The notes: generated by a model not told the origin, from the letters alone. A stretch of 25,240 nucleotides of DNA from a virus (IMGVR_UViG_3300017700_000102:1-25240), one strand, 5' to 3'; counted from the stretch's first letter, positions 1-9,131 are shown. Translations and numbers: made by a program.

Positions 1-65
1 AAGAGGAAAACCCCCTCCAATATAGAAACCCCCCCGGCATTGTTTTGTTTTGCAGACATGGGGGG

Positions 66-71
66 TATAAT
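66..71 (+). promoter_or_regulatory. Possible sigma70 -10 box upstream of the terminase operon
   Basis: Perfect TATAAT at 66-71, 32 nt before the ATG at 104. There is no convincing -35 at 17 nt spacing (TTGTTT at 45-50 gives 15 nt). Confidence 0.35.
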
Positions 72-103
72 AAATTTACCGTCCAATACTAGGACTGCGT
101 CGT

Positions 104-718
104 ATGACAATTGTGTGCACGCCTGACGTGGGCATACCACTGCCTGATAATGCCAATGACCCCGAATTTTCGGATGCGCTGGCTGCTGCCTGCGAGACAT
201 TGAACGTCCTGCAGGAAGAAGGATTGGAAATTGATCCAACTCTGGATGACGTAGGCATCGCTGCTGAGATTGTGCAAGCCTTTGCCGCGGCAGAAGACCA
301 AGACCGGGCGGTCCCGACCCAGAGCACGATCTCCAAGACACCCACCTCTGCGCTCCAGCTAACTAAATCACTGCTAGAGCAGTACTCCCATGCCGTCGTC
401 GAGAGTGCCGTGCAACTTCGCCATCTGGTAACCAACCGACTCATTATTGAGTCTGACAACGCCGACCCCCGAGTGCGTATCCGGGCCTTGGAGCTGCTGG
501 GCAAGATCAGTGACGTCGGCCTCTTCACCGAGCGCAGTGAAGTCGTGATCACCCACCAGAGCAGTACCGAGCTAGAAAACAAGTTGCGTGACAAGCTGCG
601 CCGTTTAATGGGGGAGGAGGATGTGACTGACGTGGTGGACATAGCAGGCGAAGAACTGGATGTTGCCAAGGAGCTTGGGCTGCAACAAGTTGTAGACGAG
701 GCACAACTCAACGCATGA
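104..718 (+). CDS. terS: Probable terminase small subunit
   Basis: 204-aa ORF whose stop overlaps the terL start (ATGA at 715-718). The C-terminal RIRALELLGKISDVGLFTERSEV resembles the ALELLGK..G.F segment common in small terminases. Position supports the call. Confidence 0.7.
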   Translation: MTIVCTPDVGIPLPDNANDPEFSDALAAACETLNVLQEEGLEIDPTLDDVGIAAEIVQAFAAAEDQDRAVPTQSTISKTPTSALQLTKSLLEQYSHAVVESAVQLRHLVTNRLIIESDNADPRVRIRALELLGKISDVGLFTERSEVVITHQSSTELENKLRDKLRRLMGEEDVTDVVDIAGEELDVAKELGLQQVVDEAQLNA

Positions 719-2295
719 GCGCCACCCCCCAGACTGTTACGCGGTCCCCAACCCTATCCGAGGCGGAGCTTCGCTACCTGTACCAGAACCTGCACACCCT
801 AAACCGGGCAGAACAGGAAGAGATTCTTAAGATTGCCGAGGAGCTGGAGCGTAGACGCCACGCGGATCGGTGCAGAAACGACCTGATTGCCTTTTGTAAG
901 CACATGCAGGCAGACTACAAGGTAGGTAAACACCACCGCATCCTTGCCAACCTGCTAATGGAGATTGCAGAGGGTAAAAAAGACCGGATTTGCGTCAATA
1001 TCCCCCCTCGGCATGGCAAATCCCAGCTAGTTTCCATCTATTTTCCGGCTTGGTTCCTCGGAAAACACCCTGATAAGAAGGTGCTGATGGTGTCCCATAC
1101 AACCGATTTGGCTGTAGATTTTGGTAGAAAAGTGCGAAATATCATTGATTCTGCTGCCTACAAGGACATTTTTCCCACGGTTAGCCTTGCATCTGATTCA
1201 AAAAGTGCAGGGCGGTGGAACACAAGTGCTGGGGGGGAGTATTACGCCTGCGGCGTTGGGTCTGCTTTGGCCGGACGCGGTGCTGACTTGCTGCTTGTTG
1301 ATGACCCCCACTCAGAACAAGATGTGCTGAACGGCAACTTTGAGGTGTTTGACAAAGCCTACGAATGGTTCACCTATGGTGCTCGTACGCGACTGATGCC
1401 GGGAGGGCGTGTAGCTATTGTGCAGACCCGGTGGCACATGGATGACTTAACCGGGCGGGTGACCCGCGACATGGGGCAGAATGACCTAGCCGACCAATAC
1501 GAGGTGGTTGAGTTTCCTGCGCTCTTCGATGTGGAGGACAAAGAAACAGGCGATCTGGTGCAAAAACCGTTGTGGCCTGAGTTTTTCGATGTGGATGCGC
1601 TCCTGCGCACCAAGGCGTCCATGCCGGTGTTCCAGTGGAATTCGCAGTATCAGCAGCAGCCCACGGCAGAAGAGGGGGCCATCGTCAAGCGTGAGTGGTG
1701 GAAGCTATGGGAGGCTGAGAAACCCCCGCAGTGTGAGTACATCATCATGACTTTGGATGCCGCGGCAGAAAAAACCAACCGGTCTGACTACACTGCCATT
1801 ACTACGTGGGGGGTGTTCTTCCATGAGCCTGACAATAACAACCAGATCATTCTCCTGAATGCCATCAAGGACCGGGTTGAGTTTCCGGAGCTAAAAGCCA
1901 TGGCGCAGGAAGAGTATGACTACTGGAAACCCGATGCGTTTATTGTGGAGAAGAAGTCCAGCGGTGCGCCGCTCTATCAGGAACTTAGACGCACAAGCAT
2001 GATTATTCAGGAATATACTCCGCACCGGGGGACAGGGGATAAGTTTGCCCGGTTGAATTCAGTGGCTGACATCATCAAGTCCGGGTTGGTCTGGGTGCCA
2101 CAAACACGCTGGGCCGAGGAGCTGGTGGAGGAGGTTGCAGGGTTTCCTTTTATGTCACATGATGACTTGGTGGACACCACGGTGATGGCGTTGATGCGGT
2201 TCAGACAGGGTGGGTTCCTTCGACTGGCTACAGATGAGCTTGAGCCCAAAAAACAGTTCAAGTCCCGGCGCGGCGGCATGAGTAAGTATTACTAA
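715..2295 (+). CDS. terL: Terminase large subunit
   Basis: 526 aa. Walker A-type NIPPRHGKS, Walker B LLLVDDP, QTRWH motif, C-terminal RNase H-like nuclease motifs (TLDAA, SDYTA, HDDLVD). Confidence 0.97.
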   Translation: MSATPQTVTRSPTLSEAELRYLYQNLHTLNRAEQEEILKIAEELERRRHADRCRNDLIAFCKHMQADYKVGKHHRILANLLMEIAEGKKDRICVNIPPRHGKSQLVSIYFPAWFLGKHPDKKVLMVSHTTDLAVDFGRKVRNIIDSAAYKDIFPTVSLASDSKSAGRWNTSAGGEYYACGVGSALAGRGADLLLVDDPHSEQDVLNGNFEVFDKAYEWFTYGARTRLMPGGRVAIVQTRWHMDDLTGRVTRDMGQNDLADQYEVVEFPALFDVEDKETGDLVQKPLWPEFFDVDALLRTKASMPVFQWNSQYQQQPTAEEGAIVKREWWKLWEAEKPPQCEYIIMTLDAAAEKTNRSDYTAITTWGVFFHEPDNNNQIILLNAIKDRVEFPELKAMAQEEYDYWKPDAFIVEKKSSGAPLYQELRRTSMIIQEYTPHRGTGDKFARLNSVADIIKSGLVWVPQTRWAEELVEEVAGFPFMSHDDLVDTTVMALMRFRQGGFLRLATDELEPKKQFKSRRGGMSKYY

Positions 2296-2307
2296 AGGAT
2301 ATTGGAT

Positions 2308-4749
2308 ATGGCAATAGATAAAGCACTTTACGAGGCCCCGCAAGGACTGCAGACGTTGGATGAGACCCCCGTCATGCCGTTTGACATTGCGCCAAACCCC
2401 AACACCATCATGATGGAGGACGGCAGTGTAGAGATTATTTTGGTTTCAGATGATAAGGATGAAGCGCAAGAGGGTGTGGTTGAAGGGCCATTTGATGAGA
2501 ACCTCGCCGAAGTTATGTCGGAGGGAGACTTGCAGAAGATGGCAGGTGACCTGATGGAGCTGGTGGAGGCCGATTTAGCTAGCCGCAAGGAGTGGAACGA
2601 CACCTATATAAAAGGGTTGGAGGTGCTTGGGTTTCGGTATGAGGAGCGCACACAGCCTTGGGATGATGCCTGCGGGGTGTTCAGCACTGTGCTGGCTGAA
2701 GCGGCCATTCGGTTCCAAGCGGAGTCCATGAGCGAGACCTTTCCAGCGGCGGGGCCTGTCAGGACCAAGATACTTGGCAAGGTAACCAAGGAGAAAGAAG
2801 AGGCGGCTACTCGCGTAAGCGAGGACATGAACTACGAGCTGACCGAGCGGATGGTTGAGTATCGTGCGGAACATGAGCGCATGCTCTTCTCCCTTGGGTT
2901 AGCCGGGTCTGCGTTCAAGAAAGTGTATTTTGATCCGGGGCTCAACAGACAGGTGTCTATCTACGTCCCCGCGGAAGAAGTGGTGGTGCCCTATGGGGCC
3001 TCACACATAGAAACTGCTGAGCGTATTACGCACATAATGCGTAAGACCAAGAATGACATTGAGATGCTACAGGACGCTGAGTTCTACGTGGACACCGACC
3101 TTGGTGAACCCCAGACGTTCTTTACTGATCTGGAAAAAAAGAAGGCTAAAGGGGGTGGGTACACCCTGCAAAATGACAACCGATACACAATATATGAGAT
3201 TCACGTCAATTACTGCATGCCCGGTGTTGATAAGGAAGAAGATTTAGCAAGGCCCTATATTGTCACTATTGACAAGGGAACCAACTCGGTACTGGCCGTG
3301 CGGCGTAACTGGAACCCAGAGGATGAGCACGAGCTAAAGCGTAATCACTTTGTGCACTACACCTATGTGCCGGGGTTTGGTTTCTATGGGTTAGGGCTGA
3401 TCCACATCATCGGCGGATACGCTCGGGCGGGGACTTCAATTATTCGCCAGCTTGTTGATGCAGGCACACTATCTAACCTGCCGGGGGGCCTCAAGTCGCG
3501 GGGTCTGCGTATAAAGGGAGACGATACACCCATTGCGCCGGGTGAATTTCGTGACGTGGACGTGCCAAGCGGGACTATAAAAGACAGCATCATGACCCTG
3601 CCGTATAAGGAGCCGTCACAGGTTCTGGCGGCGCTGCTGGACCGCATCACTGAGGAAGGTCGCCGCCTTGGCGCAATCAGTGACATGAACATCAGCGACA
3701 TGAGTGGGCAGGCCCCGGTGGGCACCACGCTTGCTTTGCTTGAACGCACGTTGAAACCAATGGCGGCGATTCAATCCCGCGTCCATTTTGCGATGAAGCA
3801 GGAGTTCAAGCTCCTGAAAGAGATCATCGCCGACTATGCCCCTGAGGAGTATAGCTACGAGCCGGGGTCTGGGCTTTCCCGTGCGCGTCGTGAAGACTAC
3901 GCGATGGTGGACGTGATTCCCGTCAGCGATCCTAACAGCAGCACGATGGCCCAGCGCGTGGTGCAGTACCAAGCGGTGTTCCAGATGGCGCAGTCTTCGC
4001 CGCAGATATATGACCTGCCTTACCTGCATCGCCAGATGATTGAGGTGCTGGGGGTTAAAAATGCGGACAAGATTGTGCCAACAAGCGAAGACCAGAGACC
4101 ACGCGATCCGGTGTCTGAAAATATGGCCTGTCTGGTTGGCAAGCCCGTCAAGGCGTTTATATACCAAGACCACGACGCGCACATTGCAACACATACCGCG
4201 TTCATGCAGGACCCAATGATTGCCCAGACTATTGGGCAGAACCCTATGGCACAGCAGATCATGGCTTCGCTGCAGGCGCACATTGCCGAGCACCTTGGGT
4301 TCAGTTACCGCGCACAGATAGAAGAACGCCTTGGTGTGCCGCTGCCCGCGCCGGATGAAGAGTTGCCTGAGGACATGGAAGTGCAGCTGGCCCGTCTGGT
4401 GGCAGACGCTGGCAAACAACTTGCACAGCAGCACCAGCAGCAGGCCGCGCAGCAGCAGGCCCAGCAGCAAGCCCAAGACCCGCTCTTCCAGTTGGAGCAG
4501 GCCAAGGTGCAGATACAGGGTGAGGAAGTTAAGCGCAAGGCGCAGAAGGACGCTAATGACGCCAAGATTGCACAAGAAAGAATAGTTATTGACAAGGCCA
4601 AGGCGTCTGCACAGTTCTCGCAGGAAGACAAGCGCCTTACTTCACAGGATGCTCAGGCCCAGTCCCGACTGAAGCTTGATGCGCTGAAAACACTGTCTAC
4701 ACCGAAAAACCAGCCCAAGGCACCGGGCATACCCCCTAGAAAGGAGTAG
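2308..4749 (+). CDS. Portal protein (P22-like, long C-terminal Gln-rich coiled coil)
   Basis: About 813 aa directly after terL. ATG at 2308 with AAGGA upstream is preferred to the TTG at 2302. GSAFKKVY and GFGFYGLG motifs are typical of podophage portals. The tail QQHQQQAAQQQAQQQAQ suggests a helical barrel. Confidence 0.9.
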   Translation: MAIDKALYEAPQGLQTLDETPVMPFDIAPNPNTIMMEDGSVEIILVSDDKDEAQEGVVEGPFDENLAEVMSEGDLQKMAGDLMELVEADLASRKEWNDTYIKGLEVLGFRYEERTQPWDDACGVFSTVLAEAAIRFQAESMSETFPAAGPVRTKILGKVTKEKEEAATRVSEDMNYELTERMVEYRAEHERMLFSLGLAGSAFKKVYFDPGLNRQVSIYVPAEEVVVPYGASHIETAERITHIMRKTKNDIEMLQDAEFYVDTDLGEPQTFFTDLEKKKAKGGGYTLQNDNRYTIYEIHVNYCMPGVDKEEDLARPYIVTIDKGTNSVLAVRRNWNPEDEHELKRNHFVHYTYVPGFGFYGLGLIHIIGGYARAGTSIIRQLVDAGTLSNLPGGLKSRGLRIKGDDTPIAPGEFRDVDVPSGTIKDSIMTLPYKEPSQVLAALLDRITEEGRRLGAISDMNISDMSGQAPVGTTLALLERTLKPMAAIQSRVHFAMKQEFKLLKEIIADYAPEEYSYEPGSGLSRARREDYAMVDVIPVSDPNSSTMAQRVVQYQAVFQMAQSSPQIYDLPYLHRQMIEVLGVKNADKIVPTSEDQRPRDPVSENMACLVGKPVKAFIYQDHDAHIATHTAFMQDPMIAQTIGQNPMAQQIMASLQAHIAEHLGFSYRAQIEERLGVPLPAPDEELPEDMEVQLARLVADAGKQLAQQHQQQAAQQQAQQQAQDPLFQLEQAKVQIQGEEVKRKAQKDANDAKIAQERIVIDKAKASAQFSQEDKRLTSQDAQAQSRLKLDALKTLSTPKNQPKAPGIPPRKE

Positions 4750-4751
4750 TT

Positions 4752-4952
4752 GTGCCAACTACCGTCTATGACGTGCTGATTCAAAAATACGGGGAAGATA
4801 TTTCCTCTGCAACGGAGCATCTGGTGAGCGGCGGGGCTAAAGACTACGCTGAATACCGAGAAGTGGTTGGCCGGATTCGAGGTCTCCGGATAGCCAGTGA
4901 TACAACTAAAGACCTTTCGCGTTCACAAATGGAAGACGGCGATGTCGAATGA
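4752..4952 (+). CDS. Small hypothetical phage protein (66 aa)
   Basis: GTG start with AAGGAG at 4741-4746. Helical DYAEYREVVGRIRGL segment. Fills the gap between portal and the GroES-like gene. Confidence 0.8.
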   Translation: MPTTVYDVLIQKYGEDISSATEHLVSGGAKDYAEYREVVGRIRGLRIASDTTKDLSRSQMEDGDVE

Positions 4953-5337
4953 AATCCTGATTGGTGAGAGTGCAACACCTCTGCCGGATACGGCGGAAAA
5001 AAAAGCAAAGATGCTCCCGAAACCCTCCGGATACCACGTTCTTGTGGCTATTCCAGAAGTCGAGGACAAGTTTGAGAGTGGGCTTGTCAAGGCAGATACA
5101 ACACGGCATGCGGAGGAAATACTTGCCACCGTGTTTTTTGTTGTAGAGCTTGGACCTGACTGCTACGCAGACACCACCCGGTTCCCCTCTGGGCCATGGT
5201 GCAAAGAAGGTGACTTCATCCTTGCCAGACCCAACTCAGGTACGCGGCTAAAGATTCATGGACGCGAGTTTCGCATGATCAATGACGATACCGTCGAGGG
5301 TGTGGTCGAGGACCCTCGCGGAATATCCCGCGCATAG
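4942..5337 (+). CDS. groES: GroES/Cpn10-like co-chaperonin
   Basis: LPKPSGYHVLV...ESGLV...VVELGPDCY...CKEGDFIL...GTRLKIHGREFRMINDDTVEGVV follows the Cpn10 pattern (P...vlv, GG/SGi, VvavG, vkvGD.V, G.e...g.ey.i....di.avv). ATG at 4942 (MSNEIL) is the likely start. Confidence 0.88.
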   Translation: MSNEILIGESATPLPDTAEKKAKMLPKPSGYHVLVAIPEVEDKFESGLVKADTTRHAEEILATVFFVVELGPDCYADTTRFPSGPWCKEGDFILARPNSGTRLKIHGREFRMINDDTVEGVVEDPRGISRA

Positions 5338-5346
5338 GAGAAAACC

Positions 5347-6369
5347 ATGGCTGAGCAACAATTTAGATTCCCGGATGAAACGCTTGCACCGGAGGAGCTT
5401 CAGATTGTAATTGAGGGGCGTCCTGACGCTGAGTCTGAGCGCATAGATACTTCTGGCAATCCTCCTGTGGTTGAGACAAAGCCGGAAAAGCAACCGGGTT
5501 CCATAGAAGTTGAGGTGTTGGACGACCGCCCAGAAAGAGACCGGGAGAAGCAAAAATCCAAGCCTCCAATGGAACTGACTGACGAAGAATTGGATAGCTA
5601 CGGCGAAAAAGTTCGTAAGCGGCTGCAACATTTTAGCAAGGGATACCACGACCAGCGACGTGCTGCAGAGGAGGCTGGCAGGGAAAAAGAAGAAGCTCTA
5701 CGGCTTACTCATCAGCTTGTAGAGGAGAACCGGAAGCTAAAAGGTACGGTTGGAAACAACCAGAAGGTCCTTTTGGAACAGGCAAAAGCAACAATCAATG
5801 GTGAGGTGCAGTCAGCAAGACAGCAGTATAAGCAGGCATATGAGGCAGGAGATGCAGATGCTGTCCTTGCAGCACAAGAGGCGCTCACTACGGCCAAATT
5901 GCGGGAACAACAGGTAAATAGTTTTAAATTACCCCCTTTACAAGATTCTCAGGAAGGTGTACAAAACACAAATACCGCCCCAAAGGCCACCGTTGACCAG
6001 AAAGCTGTAGACTGGCAGAAAGACAATCAATGGTTTGGTCCAGATGACGAAATGACAAGTTTCGCTTTGGGGTTGCACCAGAAATTGGTGAAACAGGGCG
6101 TCAACCCTCAATCTGACGATTACTACGGGAAAATCAATTCTCGTATGCGCGAAGTGTTTCCGGACAAATTTTCTGCATCTACGGAAGATTCCGGATACGA
6201 GGTAGAGGTTGAAGAGCCGCGCCGAAAGGCGAATGTTGTGGCCCCCGTTACCCGAAGCGTTGCACCCAGAAAAATCACGCTGACACGTACACAGGTGGCC
6301 TTGGCAAAAAGGCTGGGAGTACCTCTTGAAGAATACGCCAAACAGGTTGCTATAGGAGCTACAAGATAA
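5347..6369 (+). CDS. Probable capsid scaffolding protein
   Basis: 340 aa with AGGAG RBS. Acidic N-terminus, long coiled-coil, W...N.WFG motif, and C-terminal helix-turn-helix LTRTQVALAKRLGVPLEEYAKQ typical of podophage scaffolds. Lies between portal and capsid. Confidence 0.8.
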   Translation: MAEQQFRFPDETLAPEELQIVIEGRPDAESERIDTSGNPPVVETKPEKQPGSIEVEVLDDRPERDREKQKSKPPMELTDEELDSYGEKVRKRLQHFSKGYHDQRRAAEEAGREKEEALRLTHQLVEENRKLKGTVGNNQKVLLEQAKATINGEVQSARQQYKQAYEAGDADAVLAAQEALTTAKLREQQVNSFKLPPLQDSQEGVQNTNTAPKATVDQKAVDWQKDNQWFGPDDEMTSFALGLHQKLVKQGVNPQSDDYYGKINSRMREVFPDKFSASTEDSGYEVEVEEPRRKANVVAPVTRSVAPRKITLTRTQVALAKRLGVPLEEYAKQVAIGATR

Positions 6370-6821
6370 TGGCTGAGAACAGAGTGAACCGAGATGCAGA
6401 GTCTAGGACGGTAACCCAGCGCCCACAAACATGGACGCCACCGCAAATTCTGCCTGAACCCAACCCTATTCCGGGGTACAAATTCAGGTGGATTAGGACT
6501 GCCACTAGGGGACAATTTGATCCAACCAATGTTTCGTCCAAGCTTCGTGAAGGATGGGAGCCCTGCAAGATTGAGGACCACCCGGAAATGATGGTTTATG
6601 CTGACACCAATAGCCGGTTTCAAGGCAATGTGGAGAGCACTGGGCTGCTGTTGTGTAAGACCCCCGTAGAAATGGTGGAGCAACGTGCCGCTTGGTATGC
6701 CAATCAGAACCGTTCCCAGATTGAGGCCGTAGACAACAGCTTTATGAAGACCAACGACCCGAGGATGCCGCTCTACAACGAGCGTAAGTCCTCTGTTTCC
6801 TTCGGAAAAGGGTCTAAGTAA
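6369..6821 (+). CDS. Hypothetical head-module protein (150 aa)
   Basis: TAATG coupling to the scaffold gene. Contains GYKFRWIR and NVSSKLREGWEP motifs. Function not recognised. Confidence 0.8.
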   Translation: MAENRVNRDAESRTVTQRPQTWTPPQILPEPNPIPGYKFRWIRTATRGQFDPTNVSSKLREGWEPCKIEDHPEMMVYADTNSRFQGNVESTGLLLCKTPVEMVEQRAAWYANQNRSQIEAVDNSFMKTNDPRMPLYNERKSSVSFGKGSK

Positions 6822-6845
6822 CCAACTAATTTTAGGAGTTAAACA

Positions 6846-7478
6846 ATGGCTTATCCTACTGTTTCAGCCTCTTACGGGTTCCGTCCCGTAAATCTGCTAG
6901 GGGGGCAAGTTTTCGCTGGCTCTACCCGACAGATGGCTATTGCGTCTGGGCATGCTACCAATATATTTTTTGGTGACTGCGTGATCATGTCTGCAAACGG
7001 GTGCATTAACAACAACACCGTCACCAATACGGGCACGGCAATTGTTGGTATTTTCATGGGTTGTAGCTATGTCAATTCTTCTGGGCAGCGTGTGTTCGGG
7101 CAGTATTACCCGGCTACGATTTCCAACACGGTTGACGGCCCCAACGCTACTGTAGCGTTTGTTGCAGACGATCCTGATCTGGTAATGAAAGTTGCTGTTC
7201 AGTCTGCTGCTGATGCCGCTCCGTCTGCCAGTCAGGCAAGTCGTGCCGCTCTGGTTGGTGGAAACGTAGACATTATTTACCAAACTGTTACTGGCAGTAC
7301 TGCTACCGGTGATGGTACTCAGGGTGTGAAGAATGCTGGTGTGGCTTCTGCTACTCTGCCGGTGAAGATCATCGACGTGGTGCCAGACACTGCCGCTGCT
7401 TCTGGTTCGTTTGTTGAGGTTCTGGTTACTTGGAACCAATTTGCGCACCTGTACCGCAACACCACTGCGTTGGCTTAA
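6846..7478 (+). CDS. Capsid-associated (decoration/cement-like) protein
   Basis: 210 aa with AGGAG RBS and T/C-ending codon bias like the capsid gene. YGFRPV, IFFGDCV, GIFMGC, VADDPD motifs. Immediately upstream of the major capsid gene. Function inferred from position. Confidence 0.65.
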   Translation: MAYPTVSASYGFRPVNLLGGQVFAGSTRQMAIASGHATNIFFGDCVIMSANGCINNNTVTNTGTAIVGIFMGCSYVNSSGQRVFGQYYPATISNTVDGPNATVAFVADDPDLVMKVAVQSAADAAPSASQASRAALVGGNVDIIYQTVTGSTATGDGTQGVKNAGVASATLPVKIIDVVPDTAAASGSFVEVLVTWNQFAHLYRNTTALA

Positions 7479-7489
7479 GGAGATAAACC

Positions 7490-8401
7490 ATGGCTATTTC
7501 ACGCGCACAGTTACTGAAAGAGCTGCTCCCCGGCCTAAACGCTTTGTTTGGTATGGAGTATGCAAAATACGGCGAAGAGCACAAAGAGATTTTCGAAACG
7601 GAAACCTCCGAGCGTTCCTTCGAGGAAGAAACCAAGCTGTCGGGCTTCTCGGCAGCTCCGGTCAAGAACGAAGGTGCAGCCATTGCGTACGATAATGCGC
7701 AGGAAGCTTGGACCGCTCGTTACAACCACGAAACCATTGCTCTGGGTTTCTCAGTCACTGAAGAAGCGATTGAGGACAACCTGTACGACAGCCTGTCGTC
7801 CCGGTACACCAAGGCTCTGGCCCGTGCGATGGCCTACACCAAGCAGGTCAAGGGTGCTGCAATTCTGAACAATGCCTTTACCGCGGGTTATACCTACGGT
7901 GACGGTAAGGTTCTTTGCGCAACTGACCACCCGCTGGTGTCTGGTGGCACTAACAGCAACACGCCCTCTACCCAAGCTGACTTGAATGAGACCTCGCTTG
8001 AGGCTGCTGTCATTCAGATCGCTGGCTGGACGGATGAGCGTGGATTGCTGATTGCTGCCAAGCCGCGCAAACTGATTGTGCCGCCCAACTTGATGTTCGT
8101 TGCCACCCGACTCATGGAAACTGAGCTGCGTGTGGGCACTACCAATAACGACATCAACGCTCTGAAGTCGCTGGGTTCCATTCCCGAAGGCTATCGTGTC
8201 AACCACTTCTTGACCGACACCAACGGCTGGTTCCTGATGACTGACGTGCCTAACGGTCTGAAGCACTTTGTCCGTACGCCTCTGGCGAACTCAATGGATG
8301 GTGACTTTGACACTGGAAATGTGAGATACAAATCACGCGAACGGTACTCGTTTGGAGCGTCTGATCCGTTGGGTATCTTTGGTTCCTCCGGGTCAGCCTA
8401 A
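7490..8401 (+). CDS. Major capsid protein (HK97 fold, Mu gpT-like)
   Basis: 303 aa with strong AAGGAG RBS and biased codons. Motifs MAISRAQLLKELLPGLNALFG, K.EGAAI.YD, GDGKVLCATDHP, PRKLIVPP, DFDTGNVRYKSRERYSFG.SDP. Followed by an intrinsic terminator. Confidence 0.93.
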   Translation: MAISRAQLLKELLPGLNALFGMEYAKYGEEHKEIFETETSERSFEEETKLSGFSAAPVKNEGAAIAYDNAQEAWTARYNHETIALGFSVTEEAIEDNLYDSLSSRYTKALARAMAYTKQVKGAAILNNAFTAGYTYGDGKVLCATDHPLVSGGTNSNTPSTQADLNETSLEAAVIQIAGWTDERGLLIAAKPRKLIVPPNLMFVATRLMETELRVGTTNNDINALKSLGSIPEGYRVNHFLTDTNGWFLMTDVPNGLKHFVRTPLANSMDGDFDTGNVRYKSRERYSFGASDPLGIFGSSGSA

Positions 8402-8421
8402 TCAGGCACTTAGCAGGGAAA

Positions 8422-8449
8422 GGCCACCTTCGGGTGGCCCTTTTCTTTT
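8422..8449 (+). terminator. Rho-independent terminator after the major capsid gene
   Basis: GGCCACC-TTCG-GGTGGCC hairpin (8422-8439, C(UUCG)G loop) followed by CTTTTCTTTT. Confidence 0.9.
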
Positions 8450-8452
8450 GTA

Positions 8453-8481
8453 TTGACGCTGTACAAAACGTATGGTAAAAA
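8453..8481 (+). promoter_or_regulatory. Putative sigma70-type promoter
   Basis: TTGACG (8453-8458), 17-nt spacer, TAAAAA (8476-8481) preceded by TG-n (extended -10). Lies directly after the capsid terminator and about 10 nt before the structured RNA. Confidence 0.45.
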
Positions 8482-8490
8482 ACAAACTGA

Positions 8491-8560
8491 TCTGGGAATT
8501 TTTACGCATAGCGACTGCCCCAGCAGACTTGTTAGAGACTCTATGCGGATGTGCTAACAC
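8491..8560 (+). ncRNA. Structured, pseudoknotted RNA element downstream of the gpT-like capsid gene (candidate Mu-gpT-DE-type motif)
   Basis: Three perfect complementary pairs in interleaved order: CTGGG 8492-8496/CCCAG 8519-8523; CGCATAG 8505-8511/CTATGCG 8541-8547; TGTTAG 8530-8535/CTAACA 8554-8559. GACT recurs at 8513, 8526 and 8537. The family name is suggested from context only, not from a covariance search. Confidence 0.65.
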
Positions 8561-8572
8561 ACGGAGAATACA

Positions 8573-9085
8573 ATGGCTATTTCAACTTTCGACGGCCCTG
8601 TCCGCTCGCTTAACGGTTTTTACTCTCAAGGGCCGGGTAACATCCTTACCCTTGGTGCTACGGTAACTCTTTCTGTAGCCACTCACGCGGGTCATACCCT
8701 GCTGGTTCCGGCAACCTGCGCGATCACGCTGCCCACCATTGTGACTACTGCTGATCCGACTTCTTCTGGCCCCGGTAGCGATCCCAATACGCTAAGCAAC
8801 ATTGGCGTTGAGTTTATCCTGTTCTTCAACGCAATCTCGGCGGGTGCTTCTGCCCAAACCGTCACCTGCGGTGGGTCAGACAAGTTTGTTGGCACTTTGG
8901 GCGTTACCTCCACTGTCTACAACGCCTTTGCCGCAGTGACCAGCACGATCATCACGTTGAACGCCACGACTACTGGCGGTGCTGCGCGGGGTAGCCAAGT
9001 CAATATAACAGCGTTGGCTGCTAACCTCTGGTCCGTCAATGGTGTTCTGGTTGGGTCTGGTACTGCTGCGACTCCCTTCTCCTAA
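8573..9085 (+). CDS. Hypothetical virion structural protein (170 aa, Thr/Ala/Gly-rich, beta-rich)
   Basis: GGAG RBS at 8563-8566. N-terminal STFDGPVRSLNGF and C-terminal GSGTAATPFS. Codon bias like the capsid genes. Has its own terminator. Confidence 0.75.
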   Translation: MAISTFDGPVRSLNGFYSQGPGNILTLGATVTLSVATHAGHTLLVPATCAITLPTIVTTADPTSSGPGSDPNTLSNIGVEFILFFNAISAGASAQTVTCGGSDKFVGTLGVTSTVYNAFAAVTSTIITLNATTTGGAARGSQVNITALAANLWSVNGVLVGSGTAATPFS

Positions 9086-9091
9086 CCTTCT

Positions 9092-9114
9092 GGGGGCTTC
9101 GGCCCCTTTGTTCT
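9092..9114 (+). terminator. Rho-independent terminator
   Basis: GGGGC-TTCG-GCCCC hairpin (9093-9106) followed by TTTGTTCT, just after the stop at 9085. Confidence 0.75.
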
Positions 9115-9131
9115 ACTGAGGAGAATTGTAT

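Noticed and set aside
8380-8580. Programmed frameshift or readthrough extending the major capsid protein via the downstream pseudoknot
   Set aside because: No slippery heptamer near the capsid stop (TAA). A strong terminator and about 90 nt separate the stop from the structure.
8472-8666. 64-aa ORF spanning the structured leader (possible leader peptide)
   Set aside because: No RBS, its start lies within the predicted promoter, and it overlaps the 8573 gene out of frame. The RNA-structure explanation fits better.
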